NCBI RefSeq assembly: GCF_004365815.1
Contig: NZ_SODD01000027.1
Coordinates: 898-32,897 of the forward strand
DNA length: 32,000 bases
Direction: 5' to 3'
Source of the DNA: Breznakia blatticola
Lineage (GTDB): Bacteria > Bacillota_I > Bacilli_A > Erysipelotrichales > Erysipelotrichaceae
The notes beneath the pieces were generated by a model, which was given only the letters and a program-made list of their open reading frames with translations, ran no database searches and had not been told where the DNA came from. A program made the position numbers and the translations under genes. Numbering within the stretch: position 1 is the stretch's first letter; each line of letters opens with the position of its first letter. This document shows, piece after piece, positions 1 through 8,871 of this stretch.

Positions 1-739
1 ACGCTACACTTCCCCCAAGAATCACGATTTCTGGATCAAGTAAGCTCATTAAACTTGCAATACCATTTGCTAAATATTCTTTTGCGTCTTCCATAATTTC
101 TTTAGCAATTGCATTTCCTTCAACTGCTAAATCATTCACTTCACCTGCATGTTTTACATCTAAACCTTTTTCCTTTGCACGATTGGTAATTGCTGTTCCA
201 CTACTAATCGCTTCAATTCCACCTGGCTTGATAATTCCATGACTTGGTCCATTACGCCATAGTGGCATGTTTGCAATTTCATGTGCAAATCCATGTGCAC
301 CTTGATAGATTTCGCGGTTAATAACCAATCCTGCACCAACTCCTGTGGAAATCGTTAAGAAAGAAACATAACGGTAATCTTTACCTTTACCGATCGTTGC
401 TTCTGCTAGTGTTGCTAAGTTTGCATCATTTTCTAGGAATACAGGTACACCCAATAATTTTTTCATTTCATCTGTCAGTTTAAAGAAATGCCAACCTGGA
501 ATATTTGGCGAATCAAGAACTGCACCGTTAATTAAATCAAGTGGTCCTGGACAAGAAACTCCTGCACCGACGATATCCTTATTGAATGAATCGATACTTT
601 CTTTAATTTTATGTAATGTGTTTTGTGGATCATGAATATCAGTTGCAAATTGCACGCGCTCTAACACTTCATATGCATCATTAATTAAAGCGACACGTGT
701 ATTTGTTCCCCCAATATCAATTCCTACTGCGTATTTCAT
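1..739 (-). CDS. ROK family sugar kinase, partial (C-terminus cut by window edge; 246 codons present)
   Basis: Hand translation of the minus strand from ATG at 739-737 gives MKYAVGIDIGGTNTRV (ROK DxGGT ATP motif). The frame stays open to base 1 (...IASLMSLLDPEIVILGGSVA). RBS AGGAGGAGAAAT lies directly upstream. Clear nucleotide and protein similarity to the adjacent ROK gene 875-1768. Confidence 0.85.
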   Translation of the reverse strand, partial: MKYAVGIDIGGTNTRVALINDAYEVLERVQFATDIHDPQNTLHKIKESIDSFNKDIVGAGVSCPGPLDLINGAVLDSPNIPGWHFFKLTDEMKKLLGVPVFLENDANLATLAEATIGKGKDYRYVSFLTISTGVGAGLVINREIYQGAHGFAHEIANMPLWRNGPSHGIIKPGGIEAISSGTAITNRAKEKGLDVKHAGEVNDLAVEGNAIAKEIMEDAKEYLANGIASLMSLLDPEIVILGGSVA

Positions 740-830
740 ATTTCTCCTCCTATGATTAAGATGTCTGCCTCTATCATTATACGATAAATATGTGGAATAC
801 TCTATACTTCATAAATGAAATATTAAGCAA

Positions 831-858
831 CAAAATAAAAAAGACCCGCAGGTCTTCC
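831..858 (-). terminator. Rho-independent terminator after ROK gene 875-1768
   Basis: Minus strand reads AAGACC-TGCG-GGTCTT followed by TTTTATTTTG. Confidence 0.7.
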
Positions 859-874
859 TTATCTAGTAGTTGTA

Positions 875-1768
875 TTATGCCTTTAGGAATGCAAGTGCTG
901 CCGCTCCTAATAAACCACTATCTTCATTTAGGTTTGATGTTTCAATTTTAATGTATTTATCAAAACCTGGTAGTACTTTTGCTTTTACTAAAGCTTCAAC
1001 TTCTTTTGTGAATCCTTCAATCTTTAAAGAAACACTTCCTCCAAGAATGAAGATATCTGGATCTTCAACTGCAAAAATCATCGCGATTGCATTTGCTAAA
1101 TATTCTTTTGCATCATCCATGATTTCTTTTGCAATTGCATTTCCAGCAACTGCTAAGTCATTTACTTCTCCAGCATGTGCAACCTCTAAACCAAGTGCGC
1201 GTGCACGATTGGTAATTGCGGTTCCACTACTGATTGCCTCTAATGCTCCACTTGCTAAAATAGAATGTTTTGGTCCATCTTTCCACATGATCATGTTACA
1301 AACTTCATTTGCCTGTCCGTGTGCACCTTGAATGATTTGTTTATCTACAACATAACCAGAACCAATCCCTGTTGAGATCGTTAAAAAATGAACGAAGCGA
1401 TATGACTTTCCTTTTCCAACGGTTGCTTCTGCTAAACATGCTAAGTTTGCATCGTTTTCTAAATAAACGGATACACCATAGCGTTTTTCCATTTCTGCAA
1501 CAATTGGATAATGAAACCAGTTTTCCCCTAAATTCACTGCCATACCAATTTTTCCATTGATCAAGTCCATTGGACCTGCACAAGATAATCCAACACCAAC
1601 AATGTCATGACCAAAATCGGAAATGGCTTTTCCAATGGAATCAAGCATCACACTAGGATCTGCTTTTTCTGTTGGAAACTCAACACGTTTTGTAATTGTA
1701 TAATTTTCATCAACAAGTGCAATTCTCGTGTTGGTTCCCCCAATATCTATTCCTACCGCATATTTCAT
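875..1768 (-). CDS. ROK family sugar kinase (tandem paralog)
   Basis: 297-aa ORF. N-terminus MKYAVGIDIGGTNTRIA; ENDANLA and GAHGQANE motifs typical of ROK kinases. It lacks the CxCGxxGC zinc motif seen in the 7214-8200 glucokinase. Confidence 0.85.
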   Translation of the reverse strand: MKYAVGIDIGGTNTRIALVDENYTITKRVEFPTEKADPSVMLDSIGKAISDFGHDIVGVGLSCAGPMDLINGKIGMAVNLGENWFHYPIVAEMEKRYGVSVYLENDANLACLAEATVGKGKSYRFVHFLTISTGIGSGYVVDKQIIQGAHGQANEVCNMIMWKDGPKHSILASGALEAISSGTAITNRARALGLEVAHAGEVNDLAVAGNAIAKEIMDDAKEYLANAIAMIFAVEDPDIFILGGSVSLKIEGFTKEVEALVKAKVLPGFDKYIKIETSNLNEDSGLLGAAALAFLKA

Positions 1769-1806
1769 CTGAGTACCTACCCTTCATCCTTTTTATAACA
1801 TAGAAA

Positions 1807-1853
1807 AAGAGCAAACACAATACTTGGTATATACCAATGTTGTATTTCCTCTT
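1807..1853 (-). terminator. Long imperfect hairpin with T-tracts on both sides (terminator after SGNH gene, possibly bidirectional)
   Basis: Perfect 14-bp palindrome TTGGTATATACCAA at 1824-1837, extended by imperfect arms (AGAG...CTCT). CTCTTTTTC on the minus strand and CTCTTTTTTTC on the plus strand. Confidence 0.55.
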
Positions 1854-1863
1854 TTTTTCGTGT

Positions 1864-2505
1864 TTATTCGTTAATATATGGCTCAATTAAGGATGCAAAC
1901 TTATCATATCCTTTTTTGCTTAGATGAAGTCCATCTGTTGTATATTCTGGATTCATCTCTCCATCTTTTAAGAATTCTGGATACATATCAATGTATTTAA
2001 CAACTGCTCCATCAAAGTTTAATGCAAGTTCTTTATACTCTTGACCTAGTAACCATAACGAACGATTATTACGGTTACGTGTAATTTTCTCTTTAGAGAC
2101 AGGTAGTGGTGAAACAATATAAATTTGATCAATATGATAATTACGTTCAAAAATCGCAAGTAGATTATTTACGTTAAAGGCGATATCTAATACATCACCT
2201 TGATGTGCATGTCCTGCTACATGTTTTCCATGTTCTTCATTTAAATCATTTGTTCCAATCATCAAGAATAATTTATTTGGTTTGTATAGTTTAATTGCAT
2301 AGTCATGTAAATATAGTAACTGATGACTTGTTGCTCCATCCAATCCATTGTTGTAGATATGTGCATTTGGAAAATAATGCGCATTATCAAATCCATATAA
2401 AATTGAATGCCCAAATAATACAGTTTCGCCTGGAGTTGCTCCATAGCCACGATCTTGAATCTCTTTTACTCTATCTTGTTGATAGTCAAAATACACGTTT
2501 TCCAT
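1864..2505 (-). CDS. SGNH/GDSL-type hydrolase
   Basis: 213-aa ORF with block I FGHSILYG (Ser retained), block III IGTNDL and block V DGLHLS. Start overlaps the Tex stop as TAATG. Confidence 0.75.
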   Translation of the reverse strand: MENVYFDYQQDRVKEIQDRGYGATPGETVLFGHSILYGFDNAHYFPNAHIYNNGLDGATSHQLLYLHDYAIKLYKPNKLFLMIGTNDLNEEHGKHVAGHAHQGDVLDIAFNVNNLLAIFERNYHIDQIYIVSPLPVSKEKITRNRNNRSLWLLGQEYKELALNFDGAVVKYIDMYPEFLKDGEMNPEYTTDGLHLSKKGYDKFASLIEPYINE

Positions 2506-4643
2506 TATTTCCCCCTTATGGTTAATTGCACTTTGTGCTTTTCTTCATCCTTTTTATAAACCCATACCTTAATAATATCACCAACACTTACTACATCGCT
2601 AGGGTGATTGATGCGACGTTCACTCAATTGCGAAATGTGAACAAGTCCATCCTCCTTTAATCCTATATCAACAAAGGCCCCAAAGTCCACTACATTACGC
2701 ACAACTCCTTCAAAAACATCACCCACTTTGATATCTTCAAAGGATAATACGTCTTGACGTAATAATGGTGCATCATATTTATCACGATAATCACGAAGTG
2801 GCATCGTAATGGCATCCAGTATGTCATCGAGTGTATATGCATCTGTTTCAACAGTAGTTGCTAAAGTTGTACGGTTGCAATTTTGAATGGCTTCTTTTGC
2901 TTTATCTGTACCCATATCACTAACTTCTAGTCGAAGTTCTTGTAATACCTTTTTTGCTACATCATAACTTTCTGGGTGAATTGCAGTACGGTCTAATGGT
3001 TGTTTTCCATCTTCAATACGCAAGAAACCAGCAGCTTGTTCAAATGCTTTGGGTCCAATTTTTGGAATCTTTTTAATTTGTGTACGTGAAAGAATTGGTC
3101 CTTCTTTTTCACGATAATCAACAATGCTTTTTGCACTTGCTAGAGTTAATCCAGCAACGTTACTCAACAAAGTAGCACTTGCTTGGTTAATATTAACACC
3201 AACTAAGTTTACTGCTTTTTCAACAACGAAATTCAAACGTTCTTTTAATTTACTTACAGGCAAATCGTGTTGATATTGTCCAACCCCAATACTTTGTGGA
3301 TCAATTTTAATTAACTCACTTAATGGATCAAGTAATCGTCTTGCAATGGAAATTGCACTACGTTCTTCAACATGTAGTTTTGGAAATTCTTCAATTGCTA
3401 GTTTACTCGCACTATACACTGAAGCACCTGCTTCACTGACAAGCGTAAAGGCAACTGGTAAATTGTAATCCTTAATTACTTGTGAGACAAAACGCTCACT
3501 TTCTCTACTTGCAGTACCATTTCCAATCGCAATTAAATCAATGTTGTATTTCTTTACAAGATCTACAAGTGTTTTTGTTGCTTCTTTTACTTTATTTACT
3601 GGTTGATGTGGATAGATGACTGCAATTGTTTCCATCTTTCCTGTATCATTAACAACCGCTAGTTTACAACCGGTACGAAAAGCAGGATCAAAACCAAGAA
3701 TCGTTTTGTTTTTCATCGGTGGTTGTAGTAATAGTTTTTCTAAGTTAAGTGAGAAAACATCGATACTTGCATCGTGTGCTTTTTCACTAAGTTCACTTCG
3801 TACCATACGCTCGATACTTGGAAAAGCCAAACGTTTGCATCCATCCAAAATCGCTTCTTTTACATAGTCTACAGTTGCTGATTGCTCCCATTTGGCAAAG
3901 CGTGTAAATAACCAGTTTTGAATATACTCTTCATTGATTTCAATATTTACACTTATCACTTTTTCTTTTTCGGCACGATCAATTGCCATTACATTATGTG
4001 GTTGTAAACTTGATACACGTCCTTCAAATGCATAATACATTTGATAGACTTTCTTTTCATCTTCTGCATCTTTCTTAATCTTTGTGACAAGTTTTCCATA
4101 ATTCGCCATAGAGTCATAAATCTTATTACGTACATTTTGTTTATCTGTGATCTTCTCAGCAATAATGTCTTTTGCCCCTTGAATAATCGCTTCTTTATCT
4201 GGGTATGCTTCACACGCATATGCTAGAATTTCATCATCCTGTAGGGTTCTTGGTAATTTCAAAAATACGTTTGCAAGAGGTTCAAGTCCTGCTGCAATCG
4301 CTAGACCAGCTCTTGTTTTCTTTTTTTGTTTATATGGACGATAAATATCTTCCACCTGACTTAGTTTTGTTGCTTCTTTAATTTCAGCAACAATTGCATC
4401 AGTTAATTTCCCTTTTTCTTCAATTAAACGTAGAACATCTTCTTTACGTTTCTCAAGTTGTACTTGATAGTTGTACATTTCACTCAATTCACGAATTTGC
4501 TCTTCATCTAATCCTTTTGTCATCTCTTTACGATATCTTGCAATAAAAGGAACTGTATTTCCTTCTTCAAGAAGCGTAAGGGTTGTTTGCACTTGTGCTT
4601 CTGATATTTGTAGTTGCTTTGCAACTGCTTCTATTTGATTCAT
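2505..4643 (-). CDS. tex: Tex family transcription accessory protein (S1 RNA-binding domain protein)
   Basis: 712-aa ORF. N-terminus ...TVPFIARYRKEMT, central YqgF/HhH-like region, C-terminal S1 domain GDVFEGVVRNVVDFGAFVDIGLKEDGLVHISQLS. Start overlaps the pepT stop (ATGA). Confidence 0.9.
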   Translation of the reverse strand: MNQIEAVAKQLQISEAQVQTTLTLLEEGNTVPFIARYRKEMTKGLDEEQIRELSEMYNYQVQLEKRKEDVLRLIEEKGKLTDAIVAEIKEATKLSQVEDIYRPYKQKKKTRAGLAIAAGLEPLANVFLKLPRTLQDDEILAYACEAYPDKEAIIQGAKDIIAEKITDKQNVRNKIYDSMANYGKLVTKIKKDAEDEKKVYQMYYAFEGRVSSLQPHNVMAIDRAEKEKVISVNIEINEEYIQNWLFTRFAKWEQSATVDYVKEAILDGCKRLAFPSIERMVRSELSEKAHDASIDVFSLNLEKLLLQPPMKNKTILGFDPAFRTGCKLAVVNDTGKMETIAVIYPHQPVNKVKEATKTLVDLVKKYNIDLIAIGNGTASRESERFVSQVIKDYNLPVAFTLVSEAGASVYSASKLAIEEFPKLHVEERSAISIARRLLDPLSELIKIDPQSIGVGQYQHDLPVSKLKERLNFVVEKAVNLVGVNINQASATLLSNVAGLTLASAKSIVDYREKEGPILSRTQIKKIPKIGPKAFEQAAGFLRIEDGKQPLDRTAIHPESYDVAKKVLQELRLEVSDMGTDKAKEAIQNCNRTTLATTVETDAYTLDDILDAITMPLRDYRDKYDAPLLRQDVLSFEDIKVGDVFEGVVRNVVDFGAFVDIGLKEDGLVHISQLSERRINHPSDVVSVGDIIKVWVYKKDEEKHKVQLTIRGK

Positions 4644-5866
4644 ATATTCTCCACTTTACTTGTCATTACATTTTTTAAAATTTCTACCATTTGCTTCATT
4701 TCATCAATACAAAGGTATTCATATTTTCCATGGAAGTTATCTCCACCAGTACCTAAGTTTGGCGTCAATAATCCTTCATTAGATAAACGAGCTCCATCTG
4801 TTCCTCCACGAATTGGTTCATAGTGAACAGGAATCCCCATATCTTGCATCACCATACGGACATCATCCACAATATACATGTGATCTTTAAATAGTTCTGC
4901 CATATTGTAGTAACTATCTTCAATATCCACTTTGATGGTGTTTTTACCGTATGTAGCATTCATTGCATCTTGAATTGCGTAAAAATCTTGTTTTTGTGCT
5001 TCAAATTTCTCACGACTGTGATTGCGAATAATATATTCCAATGTTGCATACTCACTTTGTCCATTAAATAAAGTTAAGTGATTGAATCCTTCATAACCTT
5101 CGGTTTTTGCTGGATCTAAATCAAGTGGTAATGCCATATGGAATTCCATCGCTAGTTTACTTGCATTAAGTAGTTTATCTTTTGCACTTCCTGGATGGAT
5201 GCTATTTCCTTGTACATGTACTTTTGCACTTGCCGCATTGAAGTTTTCAAAGCTGATCACATTAATTTCAGCACCATCAATTGTATATGCATAATCTGCA
5301 TCTACTTTTTTTACATCAACATGATCTGCTCCATGTCCAATTTCTTCATCTGGTGTAAAGATAACTTTAATCGTTGGATGCTTAACATCGGGATGTTCTA
5401 CATAATACTGAATCAAATCCATAATAATACTTATCCCAGCTTTATCATCAGCACCAAGTAATGTTGTTCCATCGGTTACTAAAAGATCTTTTCCAATACA
5501 ACGTTCCAAACTTGGAAACATTTTTGGATCCATTGTAATTTGTTCTTTCTCGTTTAAAACGATTGTCGAACCATCATAGTTTGTAATCAATCGTGGATGT
5601 ACATGTTTTCCACTCATATCACTACTTGTATCCATATGTGCAATTAAACCAATACAATCCACATCGTGTTCAACATTTTTTTCTAGTGTTGCATACACAA
5701 CCCCATATTCACTTGTATACACATCAAGTAATCCAAACGCATTAAGTTGTTCTTCCAAGACCTTGGCTAACTCCAATTGACTTGCAGTTGAAGGAATACT
5801 TGTACTCATTGGATCAGATGTTGTTTCCATTTTTGCATATGCAATAAAACGATCTACTATATTCAT
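4640..5866 (-). CDS. pepT: Peptidase T (tripeptide aminopeptidase, M20B)
   Basis: Motifs IAHMDTSSD, LLGADDKAGISI, FTPDEEIGHGA. The ORF track starts at TTG 5881, but GGAAGG lies 7 nt before ATG at 5866 (MNIVDRFIAYAKMETTSDP), which fits the PepT N-terminus. Confidence 0.88.
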   Translation of the reverse strand: MNIVDRFIAYAKMETTSDPMSTSIPSTASQLELAKVLEEQLNAFGLLDVYTSEYGVVYATLEKNVEHDVDCIGLIAHMDTSSDMSGKHVHPRLITNYDGSTIVLNEKEQITMDPKMFPSLERCIGKDLLVTDGTTLLGADDKAGISIIMDLIQYYVEHPDVKHPTIKVIFTPDEEIGHGADHVDVKKVDADYAYTIDGAEINVISFENFNAASAKVHVQGNSIHPGSAKDKLLNASKLAMEFHMALPLDLDPAKTEGYEGFNHLTLFNGQSEYATLEYIIRNHSREKFEAQKQDFYAIQDAMNATYGKNTIKVDIEDSYYNMAELFKDHMYIVDDVRMVMQDMGIPVHYEPIRGGTDGARLSNEGLLTPNLGTGGDNFHGKYEYLCIDEMKQMVEILKNVMTSKVENI

Positions 5867-6007
5867 TTTCATACCTTCCAATTCATTTTTAACTACTGTT
5901 AATTTCCTTATGTAATTCCTTTGTTTTTATACATAAGGACTACGTTTTTATTATACGATAATTTCGATAAAAGTGGTAAAAATGCTTGTAAATGTTATAC
6001 TAAATAT

Positions 6008-6715
6008 ATGAAAACATTATTACTAGCTGGAGAAATCACAGATTTCTTAAATGAGTTGTTTAACATCATCGATATTGAAGACATATTTAGCTTGATCTTT
6101 TTTATCGTTGTAATGGTTGGAATTGTATCGAGTTCAAGCAAGAAAAAGAAACAACAGCAAATGAAATATCAAACGACTTATGTACCAAAGGAAATGAAAC
6201 GCCAAAATGTACAAGTGGATTTAACAAGCAAAAGAAAAAGTGCACCTAGAGAAAAAAGTAAAGGTGCTGAAAAGAAAGGGATTTTCGCTCAAATTGCACA
6301 GTCGATTCAAGCTGGAATTGAAGAAGCAAATGCTGAAGCAAACAAGAAAAAAGCGAGCTTATATAAACCAAATCAAAGAGTGCAAGTAGATGTGACAAAT
6401 CATCAAATTTCAGATGAGCAACAAGACTTATATGAAGAAAGAAATCAAGCATATGAAGTACGCAAGAGATTTGAAAAAAACCATGCAAAAGCAGATAAGC
6501 AAAGTATTTTAGATACAACTATGGATGCACACGAACAAAACGTTCTTGATGCAGAAACTGCATACACCGCTGCATATGATTCACGAATAAGTAATGAATA
6601 TCAAATGTTTGCTTGGGAACCTATTGTTCCTAAAGAAGCAATGGCTGCTGAGCCCGCAATAGAAGCAGAACCAGCACTATCCGTAGATGAAGAAAAAGGT
6701 TGGATTATTATTTAA
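6008..6715 (+). CDS. Hypothetical membrane-anchored, charged low-complexity protein
   Basis: The only credible plus-strand ORF. ATG at 6008 (MKTLLLAGEITDF...), one hydrophobic helix IFSLIFFIVVMVGIV followed by SSSSKKKKQQQ, and a K/E/Q/A-rich tail with internal repeat QNVQVDLT / QRVQVDVT. No obvious SD, so the start is uncertain. Confidence 0.45.
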   Translation: MKTLLLAGEITDFLNELFNIIDIEDIFSLIFFIVVMVGIVSSSSKKKKQQQMKYQTTYVPKEMKRQNVQVDLTSKRKSAPREKSKGAEKKGIFAQIAQSIQAGIEEANAEANKKKASLYKPNQRVQVDVTNHQISDEQQDLYEERNQAYEVRKRFEKNHAKADKQSILDTTMDAHEQNVLDAETAYTAAYDSRISNEYQMFAWEPIVPKEAMAAEPAIEAEPALSVDEEKGWIII

Positions 6716-6735
6716 TAATCCAGCCTTTTATTTTG
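6694..6735. terminator. Bidirectional rho-independent terminator between convergent genes
   Basis: AAAAGGTTGGATTATTA-TT-TAATAATCCAGCCTTTT forms a stem of about 17 bp with one G-U pair. Flanked by an A-tract and TTTTATTTTG. The plus-gene stop codon lies in the hairpin tip. Confidence 0.8.
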
Positions 6736-6741
6736 ATGATT

Positions 6742-7230
6742 CTACTTTGTGATTAAACCAACAGTTTCTTGATTTGTGACATCTGTTGTTTCATGAAGTT
6801 GAATCATAGCATCATCATCCATATTTGTCACAACTACAATGACAGTGGGGTCAATTTGTAATTGTTCCAACATCGCTAAGTCCATTTCGACTAGTGTTGT
6901 TGATGCCTTAACTTTTTGGTTTTCTTTAATGAATATTTCAAATGGTTTACCGTTTAAATCAACCGTATTGATACCAATGTGTAAAATGACTTCATCGCCA
7001 TTATCTGATAGGATTCCGATTGCGTGTTTCGTTGGAAAAATACTGATAATTTTTCCTGAAACCGGTGAGGTAATGGTTCCATTTTTAGGATACACCGCAT
7101 ATCCATCTCCCATCATTTTCTGAGAAAACATTGGATCATTGACATCTTCAATATGCATTAACTTTCCAGATGCAGGAGAATACAAAGTCGTCGTATCGCT
7201 TACATCTCTTTTTTTAAAAATTCTCATCAT
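6742..7230 (-). CDS. PTS glucose-family EIIA component (EIIA-Glc/Crr-like)
   Basis: 162-aa ORF with DPMFSQKMMGDG, FPTKHAIGI and VILHIGINTVDLNGKPF (the two conserved EIIA-Glc histidines). Start overlaps the upstream glucokinase stop. Confidence 0.88.
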   Translation of the reverse strand: MMRIFKKRDVSDTTTLYSPASGKLMHIEDVNDPMFSQKMMGDGYAVYPKNGTITSPVSGKIISIFPTKHAIGILSDNGDEVILHIGINTVDLNGKPFEIFIKENQKVKASTTLVEMDLAMLEQLQIDPTVIVVVTNMDDDAMIQLHETTDVTNQETVGLITK

Positions 7231-8200
7231 ACTTTGCTTCTCCTTGAATTACCATTTGTGCTGCACCTGTTATCCCAGCATCATTACCAAGTGTGGCAAG
7301 TTTTATATCTGTTGATTGTCGAACAAGTGGAAATGCTACTTTTTCAAACACGCTTACAATTTTATGAAGTAGTATATTTCCTGCCTGTGATACGCCACCA
7401 CCGATAATCACGCTTTCTGGGTTTACTATATTGGCAATATTTGCACAAGCGACTCCAAGATCGTACGTAATTACATCTACGCCCTTGCATGCGAGCTTGT
7501 CATTTTCTTTTACCAGATCAAACACGAGTTTCGCTGTTATTTCTTCATCATTTTCGATTGCTTTTTGAAGCTTTGAATCTTCCATAAATGTTTTACTTTC
7601 TACATATGCAACATTCACAATTCCAGTTGCACTTGCCACTGTTTCTAAACAGTTTTCATTACCACATGTACAAGTGAAACCATAATTTAAACTACTGTGT
7701 AAGTGCCCGATTTCTCCTGCACTATTTGCTGTTCCTGTAAGTATAGAATTGTTTATAACAACACCGCCACCGACTCCAGTACCTAGTGTAATAAATACGA
7801 TATTTGATGCATGACTTACACTTGCTTCCCCATACGCTGCACAGTTTGCATCATTGGTAAGATAAAGTGGCACATCTAAATCATATTGTTGGAATGTTTT
7901 ACGGATATCCTGTGTTTTTGCCCATCCAAGGTTAAATGCATTTTTTACAGTTCCCTCTTCTTGGCTAACCACTCCAGGTGCACCTATTCCAATCCCTAAT
8001 AGTTGTTTACTTGTATAGTTTTTGTCGACTAATGTTGAAAGGATTGACTTACACATATTTGGAACAATTTGTTTTCCTGCTTCGTTAGTGTCTGTTGGAA
8101 TTGTCCAAGTTTCTAAACAAGTTCCTTCACTTGTATACATTCCAAACTTCGTAGTTGTTCCACCTAAGTCAATTCCAATTACGATATCTTTTTCATTCAT
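7214..8200 (-). CDS. glcK: ROK family glucokinase
   Basis: IGIDLGGTTTKFG, GEIGH and zinc motif CTCGNENCLETVAS. ATG at 8200 (MNEKDIVIGIDLGG) is preferred over the GTG at 8227 from the ORF track. Overlaps the upstream gene by 8 nt. Confidence 0.85.
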   Translation of the reverse strand: MNEKDIVIGIDLGGTTTKFGMYTSEGTCLETWTIPTDTNEAGKQIVPNMCKSILSTLVDKNYTSKQLLGIGIGAPGVVSQEEGTVKNAFNLGWAKTQDIRKTFQQYDLDVPLYLTNDANCAAYGEASVSHASNIVFITLGTGVGGGVVINNSILTGTANSAGEIGHLHSSLNYGFTCTCGNENCLETVASATGIVNVAYVESKTFMEDSKLQKAIENDEEITAKLVFDLVKENDKLACKGVDVITYDLGVACANIANIVNPESVIIGGGVSQAGNILLHKIVSVFEKVAFPLVRQSTDIKLATLGNDAGITGAAQMVIQGEAKYDENF

Positions 8201-8840
8201 TGAATGCCACAACCTTTCCCACACCATTTTCGTAGGTAATCGTTGTCACACCAGAGTTTTTCAACTCTTGCTTTACAGGTATCGTTTCATCTACCATATG
8301 TACAATTGTACGAATAACATTACCGTGTGTTACAACCATCAATTTGCTATCATCTTGATGCTTGTTTAAGATCATTTCAAGTCCTTTATTTAGTCGTGAT
8401 TCTACTTCCTTTTGGGTTTCCGCTTCGTTTGCTTGATCCACATCTTTAATTGCTAAAGCTATTTCATCTAAACTCAACGTTGTAAAGATATCACGCACTT
8501 CTATATTTTTATTTTTTGCGACTTTGCCATACACATAGTCGCAAAAGCTACCATCCAGTGAGCCATAAAAGGTTTCACGGAATTCATACGTAGGGATGAT
8601 TTTTGTTTCATCCCTATATGTATTTTCTGCCAAAATAAGATTTGCAGTTCGTATGGTTCTGCCCAGATCGCTTGTATAAATTACATCAAATTTTTCATTT
8701 TCGAGACGTTTGCCTGTCGCAATTGCATCTTCTTCCCCTTTTTGTGTTAAAGGTGCATCAGACCAACCTTGCATTTTTTTGTATTTATTTAAATACGTTT
8801 CCCCGTGCCGAATAAAATAAATCGTTACTTTATTACCCAT
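8193..8840 (-). CDS. Histidine phosphatase superfamily protein (phosphoglycerate-mutase-like sugar phosphatase)
   Basis: 215-aa ORF with FIRHGETYLN, SDLGRTIRTA, RETFYGSLDG and VVTHGNVIRTIV (complete RHG...R...E...HG core). Confidence 0.82.
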   Translation of the reverse strand: MGNKVTIYFIRHGETYLNKYKKMQGWSDAPLTQKGEEDAIATGKRLENEKFDVIYTSDLGRTIRTANLILAENTYRDETKIIPTYEFRETFYGSLDGSFCDYVYGKVAKNKNIEVRDIFTTLSLDEIALAIKDVDQANEAETQKEVESRLNKGLEMILNKHQDDSKLMVVTHGNVIRTIVHMVDETIPVKQELKNSGVTTITYENGVGKVVAFNE

Positions 8841-8871
8841 TGTCTACACCATTTCCTTACTATTTGAAACC

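Noticed and set aside
870-1331. 153-aa plus-strand ORF, and similar short ORFs such as 1341-1583, 1372-1560 and 1607-1798, overlapping the ROK gene
   Set aside because: These lie antisense to, or are nested in, a gene with clear family motifs. Their composition is low-complexity (A/S/F/K-rich), they have no RBS, and they are typical shadow ORFs of an AT-rich genome.
5867-5881. N-terminal extensions suggested by the ORF track (TTG 5881 pepT; also TTG 5921, GTG 8227, GTG 17385, GTG 24164, TTG 27767)
   Set aside because: In five of the six cases an internal ATG has a well-spaced SD and gives the family-typical N-terminus, whereas the upstream non-ATG codons lack an RBS. For 5921 versus 6008 the choice stays uncertain, because neither start has an SD.
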